This document shows positions 63,056 to 64,000 of a stretch of 64,000 bases of DNA, piece after piece. The notes under the pieces are model-generated. The model was not told where the DNA came from. It searched no databases and saw nothing but the letters and a program-made list of their open reading frames with translations. Origin of the DNA: Candidatus Bathyarchaeota archaeon (lineage in GTDB: Archaea; Thermoproteota; Bathyarchaeia; Bathyarchaeales; Bathycorpusculaceae). Location: contig CAWGYA010000002.1 of the NCBI GenBank assembly GCA_963826715.1, positions 1-64,000 on the forward strand, written 5' to 3'. Made by a program: the position numbers and the translations under genes. Positions within the stretch are counted from its first letter, which is position 1, and every line of letters begins with the position of its first letter.

Positions 63056-63998
63056 ACTTCATCGCCTCTGCAGGTCTGATTTTTGCTGCTCTCCATGCTG
63101 GGTAGAGACTGCCGATTGCCCCCAACGCTACGGAGGCTCCGAACGCTAAGAGGACAAGCTCAATGTTAACTGAAGCTGCAGTGGCAGGTATTGTCCCTGC
63201 TCTTGCAACTAGCGGTCCGGCTGTGTTGCCCAAAAGGTTAATGCTTGGAAGAAGCAGAGCTGAAAGAGATGGAGCAGCAACTACGCCAATGGCCACGCCT
63301 ACCGCCCCAGCGATTAAACTGAGCAGTATGCCTTCCAGCATAAATTGCCCCATAACAGTTGAGTTACTAAATCCTATGGCTTTGAGGGTACCGATTTCTT
63401 TAGTGCGTTCTCGTACGGTGTAGAGCATGACGAAAAACACGATGAGACTAGTTGCTGCTACTACGACGATAATTTCTTCAAGTGCAGTTATCTGGCTTTG
63501 ACCAATGGATGCTTGCGCATTTTCGAGCGCTGCGGTGTAAGTGGATTCAATGTTTTGAAGTTGGCTGAGGCGTTCTTGACCTGTGGTTATGGCGAGTTCT
63601 GTATGCAAAGAATTAATGGAGTCTGCTACCTGAGAGACTACGTCGCTGCTTTGGGCGAATACTCGTAGGCTGGTTATGTATCCTGTGTTATTGGTTACTA
63701 TTTGCGCATCTGAGAGATTCATGTATAGCACAAGTCTGTCGGAAATCGATGAGGTTCCGTGAATGCCTACCACTGTAAAGTCTTGCCCCAAGATTGATAT
63801 GTTGTCACCGACGCCAGCGTTGAAGTAGGCAGAATTATTCTCGCTCAGCACCACGACACCGGTGTCGCCTGCTTGAAGGTTACGTCCATCAGTGAGGTTT
63901 GTAGGCAAAAGGGGATAATTGTTGACGAGTTCCGAAGTCAAAGGCAAGCCCTCAATGGTGTATTCAGTTAACATCCGTGTGAAGGATCGCCCCATAAA
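63048..63998 (-). CDS. ABC permease (FtsX/MacB type), 5' end outside the window
   Basis: ERTKEIGTLKAIG, PAWRAAKIRPAEAM. Confidence 0.9.
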   Translation of the reverse strand, partial: FMGRSFTRMLTEYTIEGLPLTSELVNNYPLLPTNLTDGRNLQAGDTGVVVLSENNSAYFNAGVGDNISILGQDFTVVGIHGTSSISDRLVLYMNLSDAQIVTNNTGYITSLRVFAQSSDVVSQVADSINSLHTELAITTGQERLSQLQNIESTYTAALENAQASIGQSQITALEEIIVVVAATSLIVFFVMLYTVRERTKEIGTLKAIGFSNSTVMGQFMLEGILLSLIAGAVGVAIGVVAAPSLSALLLPSINLLGNTAGPLVARAGTIPATAASVNIELVLLAFGASVALGAIGSLYPAWRAAKIRPAEAMKYE

Positions 63999-64000
63999 CG

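Overview
Archaeal chromosome segment. Gene content (eL38, Tsr3, Dph5, RibK/RibL, a PQQ-like beta-propeller surface protein, the integrase style) suggests a TACK archaeon, most likely Bathyarchaeia; this is an inference. Housekeeping genes occupy 1-4.4 kb and about 42.5-64 kb. Between them lies a ~38 kb accessory region with tRNA 3'-end relics, many decayed genes, a RelE/RHH toxin-antitoxin pair and a copper cluster. The main finding is a compact, apparently intact 5.3 kb integrative element (37183-42511) inserted in the 3' end of the RNase P RNA gene, bounded by a 20-bp direct repeat. It encodes a rolling-circle HUH Rep, a Zn-ribbon tyrosine integrase, a divergent wHTH regulator with a tandem operator, a GC-rich hairpin region and a three-gene HEPN cassette. 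Excision would place rep directly downstream of the integrase operon. All calls come from reading the sequence and motifs by eye; no searches were run.
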